A stretch of 64,000 nucleotides of DNA, taken from the NCBI GenBank assembly GCA_051294905.1, contig CM119371.1:20276001-20340000 (forward strand), written 5' to 3'. Under the pieces are notes generated by a model. The model made no database searches, was not told the origin of the DNA, and worked only from the letters and a program-made list of their open reading frames with translations. Shown piece by piece: positions 12,878 to 27,037 of this stretch (the first letter of the stretch is position 1; every line of letters begins with the position of its first letter). This stretch comes from Botryllus schlosseri. Taxonomy: Eukaryota. The translations under genes were made by a program, and so were the position numbers.

Positions 12878-15800
12878 CAGTGGTGAGCGGATGTTGATTT
12901 TTGGGAATACGAATCCGTCCGACAGGTTGCCTCTGTAAAACTCCGAAGAATCTCATCCAACCATATCCGAAAATGTCGTCCAAGAATCCAAATAATCCGT
13001 ATCGAATACCGTTGTCGCAGAATATCAGTTGTACAACTGAACTGAGATACTTTTCTGCACTAGAAGATCCCTGATAATAGGAATAGAATGAACAAAAACA
13101 CCGTATTTGGACTTTTTATTATTGGACGGTTAACGCAACTAACGCTAGGCCTAAGTGCGAAGTGCGAATGAGAGTTGCATCTCGGATCGAAGGCAAATGA
13201 AAAAGGACAGATTATTCGGTATTGAACATAGAAAAACTAGTCATTGAACAATATTACCCAATAAATATCAAAAAGTAATATAATAAGCTAATTGTTATCA
13301 TGAAAAGTTGGCACTGAAAGTGTTTTATTTTTACAGGTTTTATCTCATATGTTGACTTTCTAAGTGGAATTCTTAGTTTGTATCGGATTAGGATTAGAAT
13401 TAGAATTGGAATATACAATATTTCTGAATTATTTATAGGTTTATTATTTGTTCTTATGTTATTATTTGACTCCAGAAAGTTACTTATTTATGTTACTCTG
13501 TGCATTCTTTCTTGATTAGCCAGGCTGCAAGTATGTGTAAAACTGGTAACTCGACGTGCCACGAGGGTTGAGGCAAAGTCTCAAATCCACACTTGGAATA
13601 CATCGTAACAAAATGAAGTTTATCACATCGATGAACGTCGTCGGGATTTAGTCCGTTATGATGATGAACTTGCTGGAATTATGACGGTGGATGAAGGTTG
13701 TTCTATAACGCCAACACTGCTGTACAAAGTTGAATGGAAGGGCAGCATGCAATTATTGTGGTTGCACGAAAATCAGTCACGAAACAAGGAGGCGAGGATC
13801 AATGTGACTCATATTGATCTATAGAAGACTGAAACAACAACAAAAATTTGGATGAGTGTGGAGATGTTATGCCCCAGGGGCGGAAGCTTTCCGGCCGGCG
13901 GGTCGGGTAGGGGAAGTGAAGCACTTGTCGCACTTCGCGTATTTATAAATAATAAGGATGGTGTGAACGTGAGGTTCACGTTCGCATTCTGTGTGTGAAC
14001 CTCGGAAATTTTGAAGTTCGCGTTCACAACAGAACCTTGTTAGGTTCTGCACTGTGAACCTTTTTCACATATTGCAATTTTCACTTCATTATAACATCAT
14101 TGGTTCACATTTATTGCATTTCAACTGCGAACCACTCTATGCATGGCGCTGGCAGCATAAACAATCAACACTAAACGAGCATGCACCTTGACAATCTCCA
14201 AAATTTTACTTGCCTTGTTACAAAAGTTTGCTCGAAATATCCAGCTTTCCGTGTGTGAATACAGTACATGTAGTCAGCGAATGATAGTCATTCAACCAAT
14301 TAGTGAGGTTGATATAGTTTTCTGATGAAAAAATCGAACAGGCGTACATGTCAATCTTCACTTTATATGTTTACTGTATCATAATAAGCAAATACGTGCA
14401 ACTAGGGTGTTGGCTACTGCTGTATAACCTATTAATGGGGTAATATCGGTAGCAAGTATAGTGACCTGTTTTGCAGTCTCTGCTTAATACCCATGTCTAG
14501 CAATACTCGGACGCCAAAGACATTGTCCGGTGTGGCCTAGACCGTTACGGCATAATCTTATATTCCCTGGCAAGTCCTAATCGAAATTGTTGTCAAAGCG
14601 ACGGAAGTTGTTGATTTTATGGGATTATTATATCATTTGATTGCCTCAGTTGATACATTTAGCGACGTTCAAAACGTCAATGTACTTCAGCATTGTGGCA
14701 TTATGTGGTACGAGTCGTGGCTAGGTATTGTGTACATTAATATATGCTATCACTTCATTGAAATATAGGGTTGAAATTAGCAATATGATGTCACGAGGTT
14801 CACGTTCGTGTTCACGCAGAACCTTTCCAAAAGGTTCGCGTTCACACGAACGTGAACCTTTTAGAGGTTCACACCATCCCTAATAAATAAGGAATTAATC
14901 GAATTTGATGAAAACTTCAAGTTGAAAGCACAGAGACCAAAACAGTATTTAATGAGTTTATTTGCAGTAGCTGTTGTAGTCAATCAGACATCTGTGGCTG
15001 GTTAGAGTTGTCAACTATTTCTTTGAACTCATACTGCATGTTGTATGTAGAAACCAATAGTAAAGACTGCACGTGAACATCAGTTATGTTGGAACGCAGC
15101 CTTGTCTCGTTAATGTTCATGGTAGAAAATATATGTACTGTGCACCCAAACAGAGCAATTAGTTTCATGTCCATCTTTCCCAGGTTGGCAAACTTGGATT
15201 CATTCGGTGACGCATAAATTTGTCAAGGCTTTCAGGGTAGAAACTCTCTGCGGGCTGGTCAAAAACCCTTCGCGGGCTGGATCCGGCCCACAAGCCGTAT
15301 GTTACCCGGACCTGCCGTATATGGTGGCATTCGGCTATGGGTTCAAAAACTGCATATCAGAGGAGGAAGCAAATGTTCTCATGCGACTGATATTGAGATA
15401 CCATATGCGACTGATATTAAAAGAATACCTGTTGCCGAGGGTGCCTTCAATTTTGTGAACGGCACTGACAAACTGCTCGGCGAGAATGCCTTGGTGCTGA
15501 TAACCAGGTCGAGAGATCTCATGTCCAATCTCAATCATACCCTTTTAAAATCAGTTTAGGTGCTATATTTCAATATGTTTCAAATATGTTACACTTGGTA
15601 ATGTGTTTTACCAAATAAATGTGATAATCTGATTGGCCTTACACCATTTGTCGACTCACCGATGCTATTGCGGGGCTACTTGATTTGTATTTGCTGGGAT
15701 CCTTGACAATAGTTTCTGAGTTATACCAGTCATATCAAAAGATGTCAACTATCTGTGTGTGGTTATCGAATTGATGACTTCTTTCTGTGGGCTTGTAATT

Positions 15801-15967
15801 AAAACTCACTTCTGATAACAACTATCCGCGAATATCCGTATCACAAGTTACAACTATCCGACAATATCAAAAAAATCTGCGATAATAGCCGAATCCTATC
15901 CAACCGCCCCAAAATTGTCCAATATAGCGTGCGAATGCTATTCGATTCCGTCTGATGCTCATCACTG
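12878..15967. mobile_element. Probable decayed TIR element enclosing 13953-14882
   Basis: CAGTGGTGAGC at 12878 and GCTCATCACTG at 15957-15967 form an imperfect inverted pair; ATCCG-rich subterminal repeats at both ends; no clear TSD. Confidence 0.45.
13953..14882. mobile_element. hAT MITE (TAGGGATGGTGTGAAC family), uninterrupted copy
   Basis: Family TIRs; TSD ATAAATAA; colinear with 10403-12383 minus its insert. Confidence 0.9.
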
Positions 15968-16828
15968 TTACAGCAACGACAATAGATTTAATAACGTTTA
16001 GTGCCTTTGCTTTCATGGACCACTTGACATTCTTGCGCATTCACACACTGTCGCTTTCTTCCGTCCTTTCACGGGTCTCCACCGACTATTTGAGATCGGC
16101 TCACTCTTCCTCTGGACATTTGAAGACGCTGTCTGTGGTCACAGCGGGATGAGCGATGAGGAGCCCAGATAAGAGAGAGAGAGAGAGAATCTTTATTTGT
16201 ATACATTACATATCAACATAACACTACAAGAATGTAACAGTGAAATGCGACATGCAAGGTAATCGGGAGGGTCGATATGGCATAGTCTTCAGAGCCGAGC
16301 CACCGGGACAGGAGCAATTTTCACAGTCGATAACTAATAAATAAAAAATAGAATAAAAAATAAAATACCGCCAGCACATAAAAACTTGGCAGAGCCGAGA
16401 CTCGAACCACGAACCGGTGGTGTTGCTCAGCACACTGTGTCAGTTGCCTCCTCTGCGCATCATGTAGCCTAATAACTGCATATCATTATTGACGTGATGA
16501 ACCTGTTTCGAACACCAACACCCTAGGCCTTGATTAAGTGGTATGCTTAGTTACAAATTTGATAAAATACATTCAAACCCTTAGATCAAACCTATACCCG
16601 TACTGAACCACTTATAGGCGATTCCGGCGTAGAGTTGGTATCGGGGAAATGCGTCATCAACCAGTCAATCATCAGTCGAGTGCAGCAAACTTTTTGTTTT
16701 CATATCACGGTATTCGGCATCCATGGTCATCGGTCATTTACAGGTAAACTAATCCGATGCGCTGGCTGTTTTATCCGTTACTGACACACTAAAACCACCT
16801 TTCACTCTATTTTGCAGGCACTTCTCAT

Positions 16829-19520
16829 TGGGGACGGTGTGAACATGAGGTTCACGTTCGCGTCTAGCGTGTGAACCTCCCAAATTTAGAGGTTTACGTT
16901 CATAAGCGAACCTTGGTAGGTTCTGCACTGTCAACCTTTCTCATATATTACAATTTTCAACGTCATTATATATAGTTACCATGCATCCTCTTTTAAGATG
17001 ATTTGTCCTCTTATTTGAGTTTTTTGAAACTGTCCTCGTAGGACACCCAAATGTCCTCTTTTTTAGATTTTGTCCTCTTTTTTAAGAATATTGGTGAAAT
17101 TTAGGGCAAAACCCGACTGAGATACAGTAAATCAGCACTGAAGTAACGCTCCGGCGGCTATTTCGAAAGCTGAGCCGGAAAGTTACCCTTTTTTATTTTA
17201 ATTTTTAATTTTTTTTTTAGTCAACCGACCACGAAGTGCAAGAAAATGACTATTTTTCTCAGGATTTTCCTCCGGTATTACGGGTCTGAAAATTTTGAAA
17301 AAGTATCCTCTTTTCAGATTTCTAAAATATGGTAACCCTATTATACGGTTGCCATACGTCCGGAATTTCCCGGACATGTTCGGAATTTCATTGAAAAAAT
17401 GCGTCCGGGAGGTAATTTTAAAATATGCCTGAATGTCCGGAATTTTGAAGGCTTGAAGTAGGTTTGAAAGTCTTTCGTAAATCAACATGAACAATAATAT
17501 TATCAAGTAGTTTTATGCTATTCGAAATTTTTCTTCGCGCTGGGCGCGAGTTATCGCTACGTATATTGATATTAGTATAGGCGCCATCGCAAAAATGCAA
17601 TGCAAAATAAATATATATATGACCATCATTTACTGAAATAAGTCTAATTGTAATCGCAATTATATATAAGCTAACGGTATATTCCTTGAGTTAGTTCGGC
17701 CGATTAAATGCTTCAGTCACAGACAGTGCTTCCAAATCTTGGGCTCGTTTGCCTTTATCTGAGGATCGAGATGGTGTTGGACGTAATCAGCTTCCTAGGA
17801 CGTAAATAAGTTTGGGCAAGCCGATTTTTTTAGTAATCAGCTTTGTAAGTTTTGAGCTGGACCAAGGAACATTTTCAAGTTGGAAATGTGGTCGCGACCA
17901 TAAAAGGTTGGAAATTATCGGATGTGCCCCCTGCTGGTGAATTTATAGTAGCCTAATATATGGAAGAATCAATATTATTGACGACATTCGTTCATAAAAT
18001 TTACCAACCGAATGCATATAGTAAGTGCCTAGAAAGTTACATCGATTACCCTATTGTGGGGCCAAGATCAGTGCTTTTTTGGGCGGAAGGGGGCTGAAAA
18101 AATGTTGTTTCGGACCTGATTAAAACACACAACCAGGTAGCAGCACCGAACTAACAGTAGTCTATAGCAAGGCTGTCAAACACAATCCCGACAGGCCTGA
18201 CACGGCCCGTCAGACGATATTATCCGGCCCGTGAAGAAATCTATTACAGGCCCTAGCAAGTATAGCAATCACCAGAGATCACATTACAGATGTCATAATC
18301 AATGACCTATGTTCCACTCCATTCCTAGTGTATACTATACAGTCGATGGGCAATGCTTTGCTACTGTGACGTTATTGACAGACATCATATTATACCTCAT
18401 TTTCAAAACCGCTATTGGGCGCTAAAGAGTGTCCGGAATTTGCTTCACAACAATATGATAATCCTACCCTATTATATTATCTTTGGTTGAATTTGTTTTG
18501 CATTTCAACTGCGGGTCACTCTATGCATGACGCTGGCAGCATAAAAACTAAATACTAAACCAGCATGTACCTTGACAATCTCAAAAAAACTCATTTGCTT
18601 TGGTAGAAAAGTTTGCTCGAAGTATCCAGTTTTTTGGTTCTGAATGTTTACGGACTCTGTTGTAAGCTTGACCGGCAATCACACTACATCAAAAGCGTCA
18701 TATAAACAGTCAACGAATGATGCTTATTCAACTAATCAATGAAAATCATACAAAGAATACATCGTTGCCTAATGTAGAAATGTAGCAGGCGTCTGAGGTC
18801 CATCTTGATTTGATATGCTTACTGTACCATAAAAACTAAATCTGTGTGATTGGGGCATAGGCTACTCCTGCATAACTTGTTAATGGGATATTATCGGTAG
18901 CAAGTATAAAAACCAGATCAAAATCAATGTAGCAATACTCAGACGCCGAATACATTGTCCGGCCTGGCATGGACCGTTGAGGCATAAGATGATATTTCCT
19001 CGCAAGTCCTCGTCGAAATTGTTGGCAAAGCGACGGAAGATATACATTTTATGGGATTATTATAACTTTTGATAGCTCCAGATAATACATTTGGCGACGG
19101 TTAAAAAGTCAGTATGTAGCCTACTCGAGCTTTGTGGCATGATGTGACTCGAGTTGTCGCTAAGTATCGTGTGCATTGTTTGTTTGTTTTGGGGTATGGT
19201 GTTTGCCGACTACTATTGTCATTTACACCAGGCCGACATTCTTCTTATTTTCCGTAACTGCCGACTTATAGGACGGCCAACCTCTAGGTTTTTGTAAGCC
19301 ACCGCTGACGCGGATGAGGTGGTGAGGAGGAACCTAGGTAAACCTCCATCACTTAGGTATCGGAATTAGGAAGTCGACATCGGTCGGACTGTAACCCGCA
19401 CCCACTCGTATCGCAGCCGCGGATTATACCACTGCGCTATCTCGCCACGAATCGTGGGCATTAATTTATCAATTCACTGAAATGTAGGGCTGGAATTAGC
19501 AACACGACACACCATCCCTA
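16829..19520. mobile_element. hAT MITE (TAGGGATGGTGTGAAC family) with three nested insertions
   Basis: TSD CTTCTCAT (16821-16828, 19521-19528); nested MITEs at about 16971-17340 and 17344-18466 (TSD CCCTATTA) and a SINE at 19178-19450. Confidence 0.85.
19178..19450 (-). mobile_element. tRNA-derived SINE, family 1, (AAAC)n tail
   Basis: Minus-strand head GGCGAGATAGCGCAGTGG (A-box) with a degenerate B-box; (AAAC)n tail; 12-bp TSD ATCGTG(T/G)GCATT; site is empty in sister MITE copies. Confidence 0.85.
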
Positions 19521-19759
19521 CTTCTCATATAGGTCCTGATATGACAGACCAATTTCGAAACTACATTATCCGTTATAGCATCTGTCTTTCATTTGTACAT
19601 GTACTATTTTCAGCACTAAACATTGTTTTTTTCTTAGTCGGTAATCAGCTCTATACGCATTAACTAGATGACAGGGTGAGACCGTTCTGACTGTACTTTG
19701 GCGGAGGGTATATAGTACACACGGGCTTCAAAGTTTGAATAATATTTAGTAGGGGAGGT

Positions 19760-21030
19760 GTGTGGATTACTCGAATCAGACTCGAATCATCTTTTCGCGT
19801 GACTCGACTTGACTTGATGTTTCGGAAATGTGGATTGAGTCGTGACTTGGAGCAAAACGAGTCAATCTCACGTCATCCAGTACTCGGTATTGACCATATC
19901 TCTGTATCTTGAAATCACATACGTTCCGATTGTGATCTCTACTCTGGTATGGCATATGTGAGAACAACCAATCATTCAGTGGTTGTGCGTTTTACTGATC
20001 CCTCATTTGAAGAGACTCTTTGGAGTACATAACTTTAATATACATTTTAATAATATATTCATATTAAAATATATTAAAACCCGAAGATTTTCGAGCTGAC
20101 ACTTTTCACGGGCAATCGTTAGCAAATGGAGAATTTCAAAAACATGCATCCCTCATTGTAATATGAAATAAAAAGTGACCCAAACGATGCTTACGTTGCT
20201 GCAAACTACTATAGTAAGATGGAACAAGAGCAAAGTAGGCTATCTCTTCTGTATCGACTGATCACAATGTACAGTGCTCATCTTAAAACAAGGTTTCCCC
20301 ACCTTTTTCACCGTGTGACCTCGTTGTGAAATTTTGAAAAATCAGCCGCCCCCTATTTTTCCAGCCTATTGAAAAACTCAAGTTGTTTTACCTTGTTACG
20401 TTGTAGAGGAACAGGCAGGTAAATTATAAAATGTGATAAATACAACACACAGCAAAAATGATAGTAGCTATTGCGAAATTCGTTTTTTTTTTTATTGAAG
20501 TGTAAGTGGTTTGTTAAAGATATCATAAATTTTGTCATCGTGTACTGAAAACGGCTCATGTCCTTCTGGTTAGAAACCCCAGCCTTAAACAATCGTCCTG
20601 TATCATCGTAATTAAAAGAACACAGTTTAATTTACTCGCCAGAATTTAGATCGGACTTATTATTTTTGATAGATTAGGGAAGGTGTCAAGTGTACTGCAT
20701 CCTATAAATTAGTTTAAACTTTCTGAGGTTTCGTATTCTATCATATATTCATGGTGATGAACATTAACTGAGTTTATGTAATTTTTTTCGTAGTTTAGCA
20801 GCTCTGCGCATGCGTGAGCGATATATCGTATTTTGCAATAATATTAACACTATATTTTTTCCTCGATTCAGAATACATGACGACTCAATCTGTGTTCCAA
20901 GCAGATTCTTGCCTCGTACTAGAAAAATTAAGCTGACCTGACTCGTGACTTGACTTGACGTGACTCGAATAACAATGTGTAAAGACTCGAGATAACTTGT
21001 GAAATGAAGGCAGTGACTTGTTCCCAACTA
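19760..21030. mobile_element. Degenerate MITE of the GACTCGAGTC-repeat family
   Basis: GACTCGA/GACTTGA arrays at both ends; right end GTGACTTGTTCCCAAC resembles the family TIR. Confidence 0.55.
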
Positions 21031-21615
21031 TGATAGGCGGTCAAGCCAACCACCCGAATAAACTTAGCGGCTTGCCCATAAGAAGAGGTTAAGAAATACT
21101 GCTGCATTTAGCCAGAATCAATAACCAGGATGGGAAAATGAAGAATGCGATTCGGCAAAGCCAGTATGGAGCGGCAACCGATAAATCCACGATATACTCC
21201 GTGAACCTGAGATTCTAATAGTTGTTTTGTGGTATTCATGGATTTATTCGACGGCAAAAGTCATTTACACATGACCGATAATCTTCGATAGGATTTCGTG
21301 TCTGCCGACTTGTAGTACGGCATTCTACCAGGCCTCAAGCATATCACATGACCAGAGCATGGATCAGGGGTAGCCAACCTTTCCAGCTAAAGGGCCACAT
21401 TCGATTGACGTACTATTGCGCGGGCCACTAGCCGCGCCAAGCGCGACAATTTTTCGAAGTTCATAGGTCAATAATATTGTCACTCGACTATATTGCTGGC
21501 CTGCTGTATATCACTGGGTTCAGTTTGCACGGACTGGACTATTCGGCGCCTGAACATATCGATATCGAAAGCTTCGACCAACATGCGTCATTACTTTTGT
21601 GCCTAGGTTTCATAA

Positions 21616-24223
21616 CACTGGTCTACACAAAATTTCAGGTTTGGGTTTTGACAATTGATTTTGGATAATTTTGGGGCGCTGAATTCAAAAATGGCCTCAG
21701 ATTTTCTCCATCACATCACGTTTTTGAGATATGAAATATCCCTATTTTAAAAAAAAAAAATCAATTTTTGACCCCCCCTATGTTGTCAAAACAAGGAATT
21801 CTGATGCAATAAACACTGTTTTACCTGCAATAATCTAGCTTTAATTAGCAAAAAAACATTCTAGGTTAGATTCATACAAATTTGAGTTGTCTTTATTAAA
21901 GTTTTATGCCCCGGAATTAAAGATAGGCGTGCAAAAGAGCAACCACAATGAAATTACATGCTACATTATGCCGACGACCATGTGGATAGGACAGTAGCAA
22001 CTAGCAAGGTATTATCTGAATTACAGCCTAGAGTTCACACAATATGCACATAGACATTCCAACGAAGTGCAGAAATTCTGAAGACAAGGACTTGGGCAGG
22101 GCGAGTTTAGAAACAGTAAAAAAATAGCATTCATAAAATATGAGGTCTTCACTTATAAGCTTAATTCTCTTTTGAGGGACTTTCTTTTACGAACAGCATC
22201 TAGAATTTCTCTTTTCCAACTCCATCAATAGTCGGCTATCATACGAAAATCCAGGTACAGGTGGCAACTGCATCCTTGTCCTTGCTTGTACCGGATTTTT
22301 ACTGGTGTGGGAAATAAGTGAATCTATAAATCCCACCGACCTTGATAACGTGCCTCCATAATTTTAATATATTGGCTGAAACGTTCACCCTGTTCTTCAC
22401 TAACTTTCCCAAGGTTTTATCTAAACTCATCCGCATGGCTCTTCAAATCGTCAACTTTGATGCTCATCCTGCATTCCAAATCTTCATAACAAAGCAGTAG
22501 CTCCCTTGGGAGATCTTTATAATTTTCTGCTTTTTTGTTTCCCCTAAAAACAGCACTGAAAGCATTCCAAGCCCTAGCCTCGAATGGCAACATTGATTAT
22601 ATACAAGGTTTAATCCTTTAACAATCGCCTAATTTGAGGTCCATTGAAAATCCCAGCTCTTTTGTCTCTTCACTGAGACCAGAAAAAGCATAACATATAT
22701 CCTCTAAACACCCCCTTCACAATCTAAAGCTTTTACATATTGTTTCATGAGACCAAGTTTGATGTGAAGAGGAGGCAAGAGGATCTTTTTTATATCAACA
22801 AACTGATCACGTATGATATTGTTGTCTCCAGGCGTCAAGGCGCCATAAGTACATTAATAACTGATCTGAATAAAGTTTGTCGCCATTCGTCACCTGACAT
22901 TTCAATCTCCCAGAAAATAGGTAAATCCAATCCAAATCCTAATCCGTTCTGGAAAAAATGTCTAATCCAAATCCAATCCAAATCCGACAAAATTTCACAA
23001 ATCCTGTTTTGTCAAAACCTAATCCTAATCCATGCTCATCTCTGCTTGGAGGCCACTCATCTTTGTTCCAGTGGTGATCCTTGACCCTGCTGTCCCGGCA
23101 GAATAGGAAACATGGGTATTCGGTGTAGCCCCAGCAAAAAGTTCACCATTTTCAAATCTAGACAGATGAGCCAGCCATGGTCAATTTAGGGCTGTTCAAA
23201 AATAACTTTTTTTCCTGAATCTTGCTGGTTACTTGATTAAATTATTAGGTTGCCCTAAAAAACGACGCACACCAAATTTGAATTCATTCCAACCAATTTT
23301 CGCGGTTTTCGTAAGAGTTTGAAAATTTTGAATTTGCCTGAAAATGCAAAAAACAAAATTTTTCAAATTTTTTCTGCTAACGCCATGAAATTGTTGGGCT
23401 GTCTTCAAAAACTATGCAAAACAAATTTGACTCAATTCCAAGCCGTAGAAGCGGAGTTATTTCAGTTTTTCTTTGATAATTCTTGGATTATTCACCGATC
23501 AAGGATAATCCTAGAATTATCAAAGAAAAACTGACATAACTCCGCTTCTACGGCTTGGAATTGAGTCAAATTTGTTTTGCATAGTTTTTGAAGACAGCCC
23601 AACAATTTCATGGCGTTAGCAGAAAAATTTGAAAAATTTTGTTTTTTGCATTTTCAGGCAAATTCAAAATTTTCAAACTCTTACGAAAACCGCGAAAATT
23701 GGTTGGAATGAATTCAAATTTGGTGTGCGTCGTTTTTTAAGGCAACCTAACGATTTAATCAAGTAACCAGCAAGATTCAGGAAAAAAAGTTATTTTTGAA
23801 CAGCCCTAATGGTCATGCTACTACAACTTTTCGAGAACGGTTTTGATGTTCTGATAATCTTCTTTCATTGTTCATTGCGATAAAATGTCACGCTTGCACC
23901 AGCTTTGTTAGTTGCTCTTTTGCCTACTTATTTTTTATTCCAAGGCATGAAATTTTATTAAATACAACGCAAATTTGTTTGAATATAATACAGAATGCTT
24001 GTTTGCTAACTATAGCTGGATTATTGCATCAGATTTCCTTGTTTTGAAAACAGAGGGGGTCAAAAATTGATTTTTTCTTCAAATTAGGAATATTTCATAA
24101 CTCAAAAACGTGATGTGATGGAGAAAATCCGAGCCCATTTTCGGAATCAGAGCCCCAAAATTATCCAAAATCAGTTGTCAAAACCCAAACCTGAAAAAAC
24201 AAGTTGAAACTTGTAGACCAGTA
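21616..24223 (-). mobile_element. Decayed Chapaev3-like (CMC superfamily) DNA transposon with transposase remnants
   Basis: Long imperfect TIRs starting CACTGGTCTACA; 3-bp TSD TAA; disrupted minus-strand peptides WLICLDLKMVNFLLG, KILLPPLHIKLGLMKQYVKAL, AGIFNGPQIR, SEEQGERF and MIADY*WS, characteristic of Chapaev3 transposases. Confidence 0.85.
23187..23808. mobile_element. Foldback MITE, near-perfect 620-bp palindrome
   Basis: Arms of about 300 bp are near-exact reverse complements (TAGGGCTGTTCAAAAATAAC...GTTATTTTTGAACAGCCCTA) around a loop of about 13 nt near 23490-23503; ATGGTCA recurs in both flanks. Confidence 0.92.
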
Positions 24224-24719
24224 TAATCGACGGTCTTTCTGCCGCGCAAACGCAAGGTCGCTTATGCTGGACGACACTTTGTCTCGTAATCGCGAATATA
24301 GTTAGACTCAATCTGATACATTAGGAGTTCTTACATTTTCACGAAGGGGTAATAATATTAGAAGCAAGAAATCAAGTGACAACATGTTGCGTGAAACGTG
24401 TAGAAAACTTTTACTTTTGATAAATCTATCGTAAATTATTCTGTTTTATTGTATAGTTTACAAAGATCTACCGAAATGTGACTGGCTCATGGATCTACCA
24501 ATGCGTCGGAACTGATATTTTAGTCATCACATCTCAAGTGTTGTGTCCAGACTAATCAAATTTTTGGTTAACCCTGCAAGTTCACTATCTGTGAAATCCA
24601 TTTTTTATGATATTACTAATTTCGGAAATTACCTCGTGGGCCACGGGTTGGCCAGCCCTGGCCTAGATAAACCGCCAGCACTTGAGCCGGAATTCTGCGG
24701 TCGACCTCTGTCAGACTGA

Positions 24720-25000
24720 AGAGAGAGAGAGAGAGAGAGAGAGAGATGGTATTATTTTTCGCCTGCACCACCAAGATGCTTCGACGACGGAGATGCGATA
24801 CGGCCTTTGTAGTAAGGTCATCTAGTCTGCACCCCCGGTTTTTTTCTCCTCCATGCTATCCGTGATTGCTGGGCGCCTAGCAGGATAGCCGCGGATACGA
24901 GTTTTTCGAGTCTTTGGTCTGACCCGGCCAGGGATCGAACCCACGGCCTACCGATCGAGAAGCCGCGGGACGCACAACCATTACACTATCTCGCTCGGCG
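24720..25000 (-). mobile_element. tRNA-derived SINE, family 2, (TC)n tail
   Basis: Minus-strand head GATAGTGTAATGG...GGTTCGATCCC (A/B boxes); core ACCAAAGACTCGAAAAA...CCTGCTAGGCGC; (GA)n on the plus strand. Confidence 0.8.
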
Positions 25001-25078
25001 CCCTCAACATATTAGTGATTAGTGTTGCACGTGCACCTGGGGATGATAGCGATACGCTATCCTGTCACTGGGATCTAG

Positions 25079-25335
25079 TAGAGAGAGAGAGATATGATAT
25101 TCTTTCTCGCCTGCACCATCGAGATGCTTTGGCGACGGAGTTGCGATACGGCCCCATGAGGTCATCTAGTCTGCGCCCCCGTTTTTTTTTCTCCTCCATG
25201 CTATCCGTGATTGATGAGCGCCTAGCAGGATAGCTGCGGATACCATTTTTCGAGTCTTTGGTATGACCCGGCCGGGGATCGAACCCACGACCTACCGCTC
25301 GAGAAGCCGGACGCATAACCATTACACTAGGAGCG
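25079..25335 (-). mobile_element. tRNA-derived SINE, family 2, second adjacent copy
   Basis: Colinear with 24720-25000; TAGTGTAATGG and GGTTCGATCCC boxes. Confidence 0.8.
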
Positions 25336-27037
25336 TGCCTAACTCGATAAGACACCAACCCAAGACAGGATCAATTAATCTATGGGTACAGCAGCATTTA
25401 CCAATGATTTCCCTTCAAAATTTTTATGATTTTTATTGATAGTCGTACTTGTGGAGAAGAATTGAGCGACAAACTAGGCATAAATAGGCCTTTGCCAAAG
25501 CCGTAGTATTGCTGATGGCTGTATTGTTACTCGAATAATGTACTCAGCTTTCGCGTAAAAAGTATAGGAAAATTGTACATTTCCTATGTTGAGCTGCTAC
25601 ATTCGTGGATATTCAACGATATGGAATGCTTTATTCATAACAACACAGACAATACTACTTGTCGCCGCCTTACTACGGCCCTAAGGTGTCGCTATGGGTC
25701 AATCAACCCCACCCCTCCCGCCAAGCAAGGAAGTGGACTCGGTGTCATTGGTACATCACAGCGGTATCTAGGTATATATAGCTATAAATATATTTAAGTA
25801 AGAAACCCGAGTGATGCATTGTGACGCGATCTGTTAGTTGCGGCTACTCTATTAGTATACTGCGCACTAATGTATGACAACGAATTTTCTCGTATTGAGT
25901 GGATAGCGCCGGTACAATGTGAAACAGCAATTATTTTTTACGTCAGCAGAAATGTCAGCCAATTAATTTGTGGTGACCCACCGGTTGCGTCCAACCGGTA
26001 AAACGGCGACACTCGGCAGGCTTCCAATTCTTTTTCTGAAAAATTAAACTCGTTAGTGGTAGTTAATGTTACATATAAAAATATATTAATGAGGTTGATC
26101 GCGTCCGTGAGATGTCGTCACACATACTGCAGCACATGATTCACCTATCGTAGGCCTGACATTCTTGTACCGAGGGACACAGCAACCTATCTATACGGAT
26201 AACGGGGGTTGTGAATTCCATTGCTTTTTACTACGACGAAGGGTTCTAATCGTGTAAAATGCCCTTTCTGGTGAAAAATCGTTGTTGCACTTACTATTCT
26301 CATACTCCGCTGCATATGATCATACAACATCGGAAATTTGATATTTCGTGATGTTTCATGAGACCCCAGAGGTTCTCTGATCCAATCCAAGGGGTTCCCT
26401 GGATATTACGACACACATTCAACTCATACATTTGATTTGTCATGAGTGATATGACTAGGGAAAGTTTTTTGTTGTACTGAAATCGTAAGAAACTTGCACT
26501 TATAGTTTTACCGAAAGTTGCAGTGAAAATTTGCATTCATGCATATGCACAAGTTAAAAAATATCTACAGCCAATCAACACTGCACTATAAAAAAAAACG
26601 TGTCCCAACTGACAACTAGCAGTTGAGCCTCATTCAATCATTAGTTTCTGAAGCATTTTAGTGCAACGATCACTCTTCAGTCTTCGCTCACGCACAAGAA
26701 ATGAGGTGAACGGAGAGAGTAACAGCTCCTATATTATATACTATTACTGGGCCTCCAAAACCTGATTGGTAGACACTATATTTTAATTAGGCTTGTAGTG
26801 AAAATGACTACCGTTAGTCGAGACTTGGCCATCGTATCACCAAATAAGAGAAGATTCGATTAATGAACTCCAACTGATAGCCTAAGGTCAAGGTGAATCT
26901 AATATATTATACACGAACTCCTTCTGTTCGCACAAATTTGGCGAACTTTTAGAAAATTGTGAATATAGTAGGTTTATGTACTATGTTCGGTGTAGTTTAC
27001 ATGTATTTCTTATTCAAGTGAGGTTGGTGGTCGTTAT

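Larger units (their letters stand above)
21365..24660. mobile_element. hAT MITE (paralogue of 1983-2675) interrupted by a Chapaev3 element and itself inserted in a SINE
   Basis: Ends CAGGGGTAGCCAACC / GGTTGGCCAGCCCTG; TSD GCATGGAT/GCCTAGAT; SINE-1 sequence on both sides (about 21220-21364 and 24669-24720). Confidence 0.8.

Noticed and set aside
19380..19450. tRNA-like sequences (also about 24930-25000, 25270-25335, 32090-32165, 53705-53790) as tRNA genes
   Set aside because: They continue into shared SINE bodies with simple-repeat tails and lack a complete cloverleaf.
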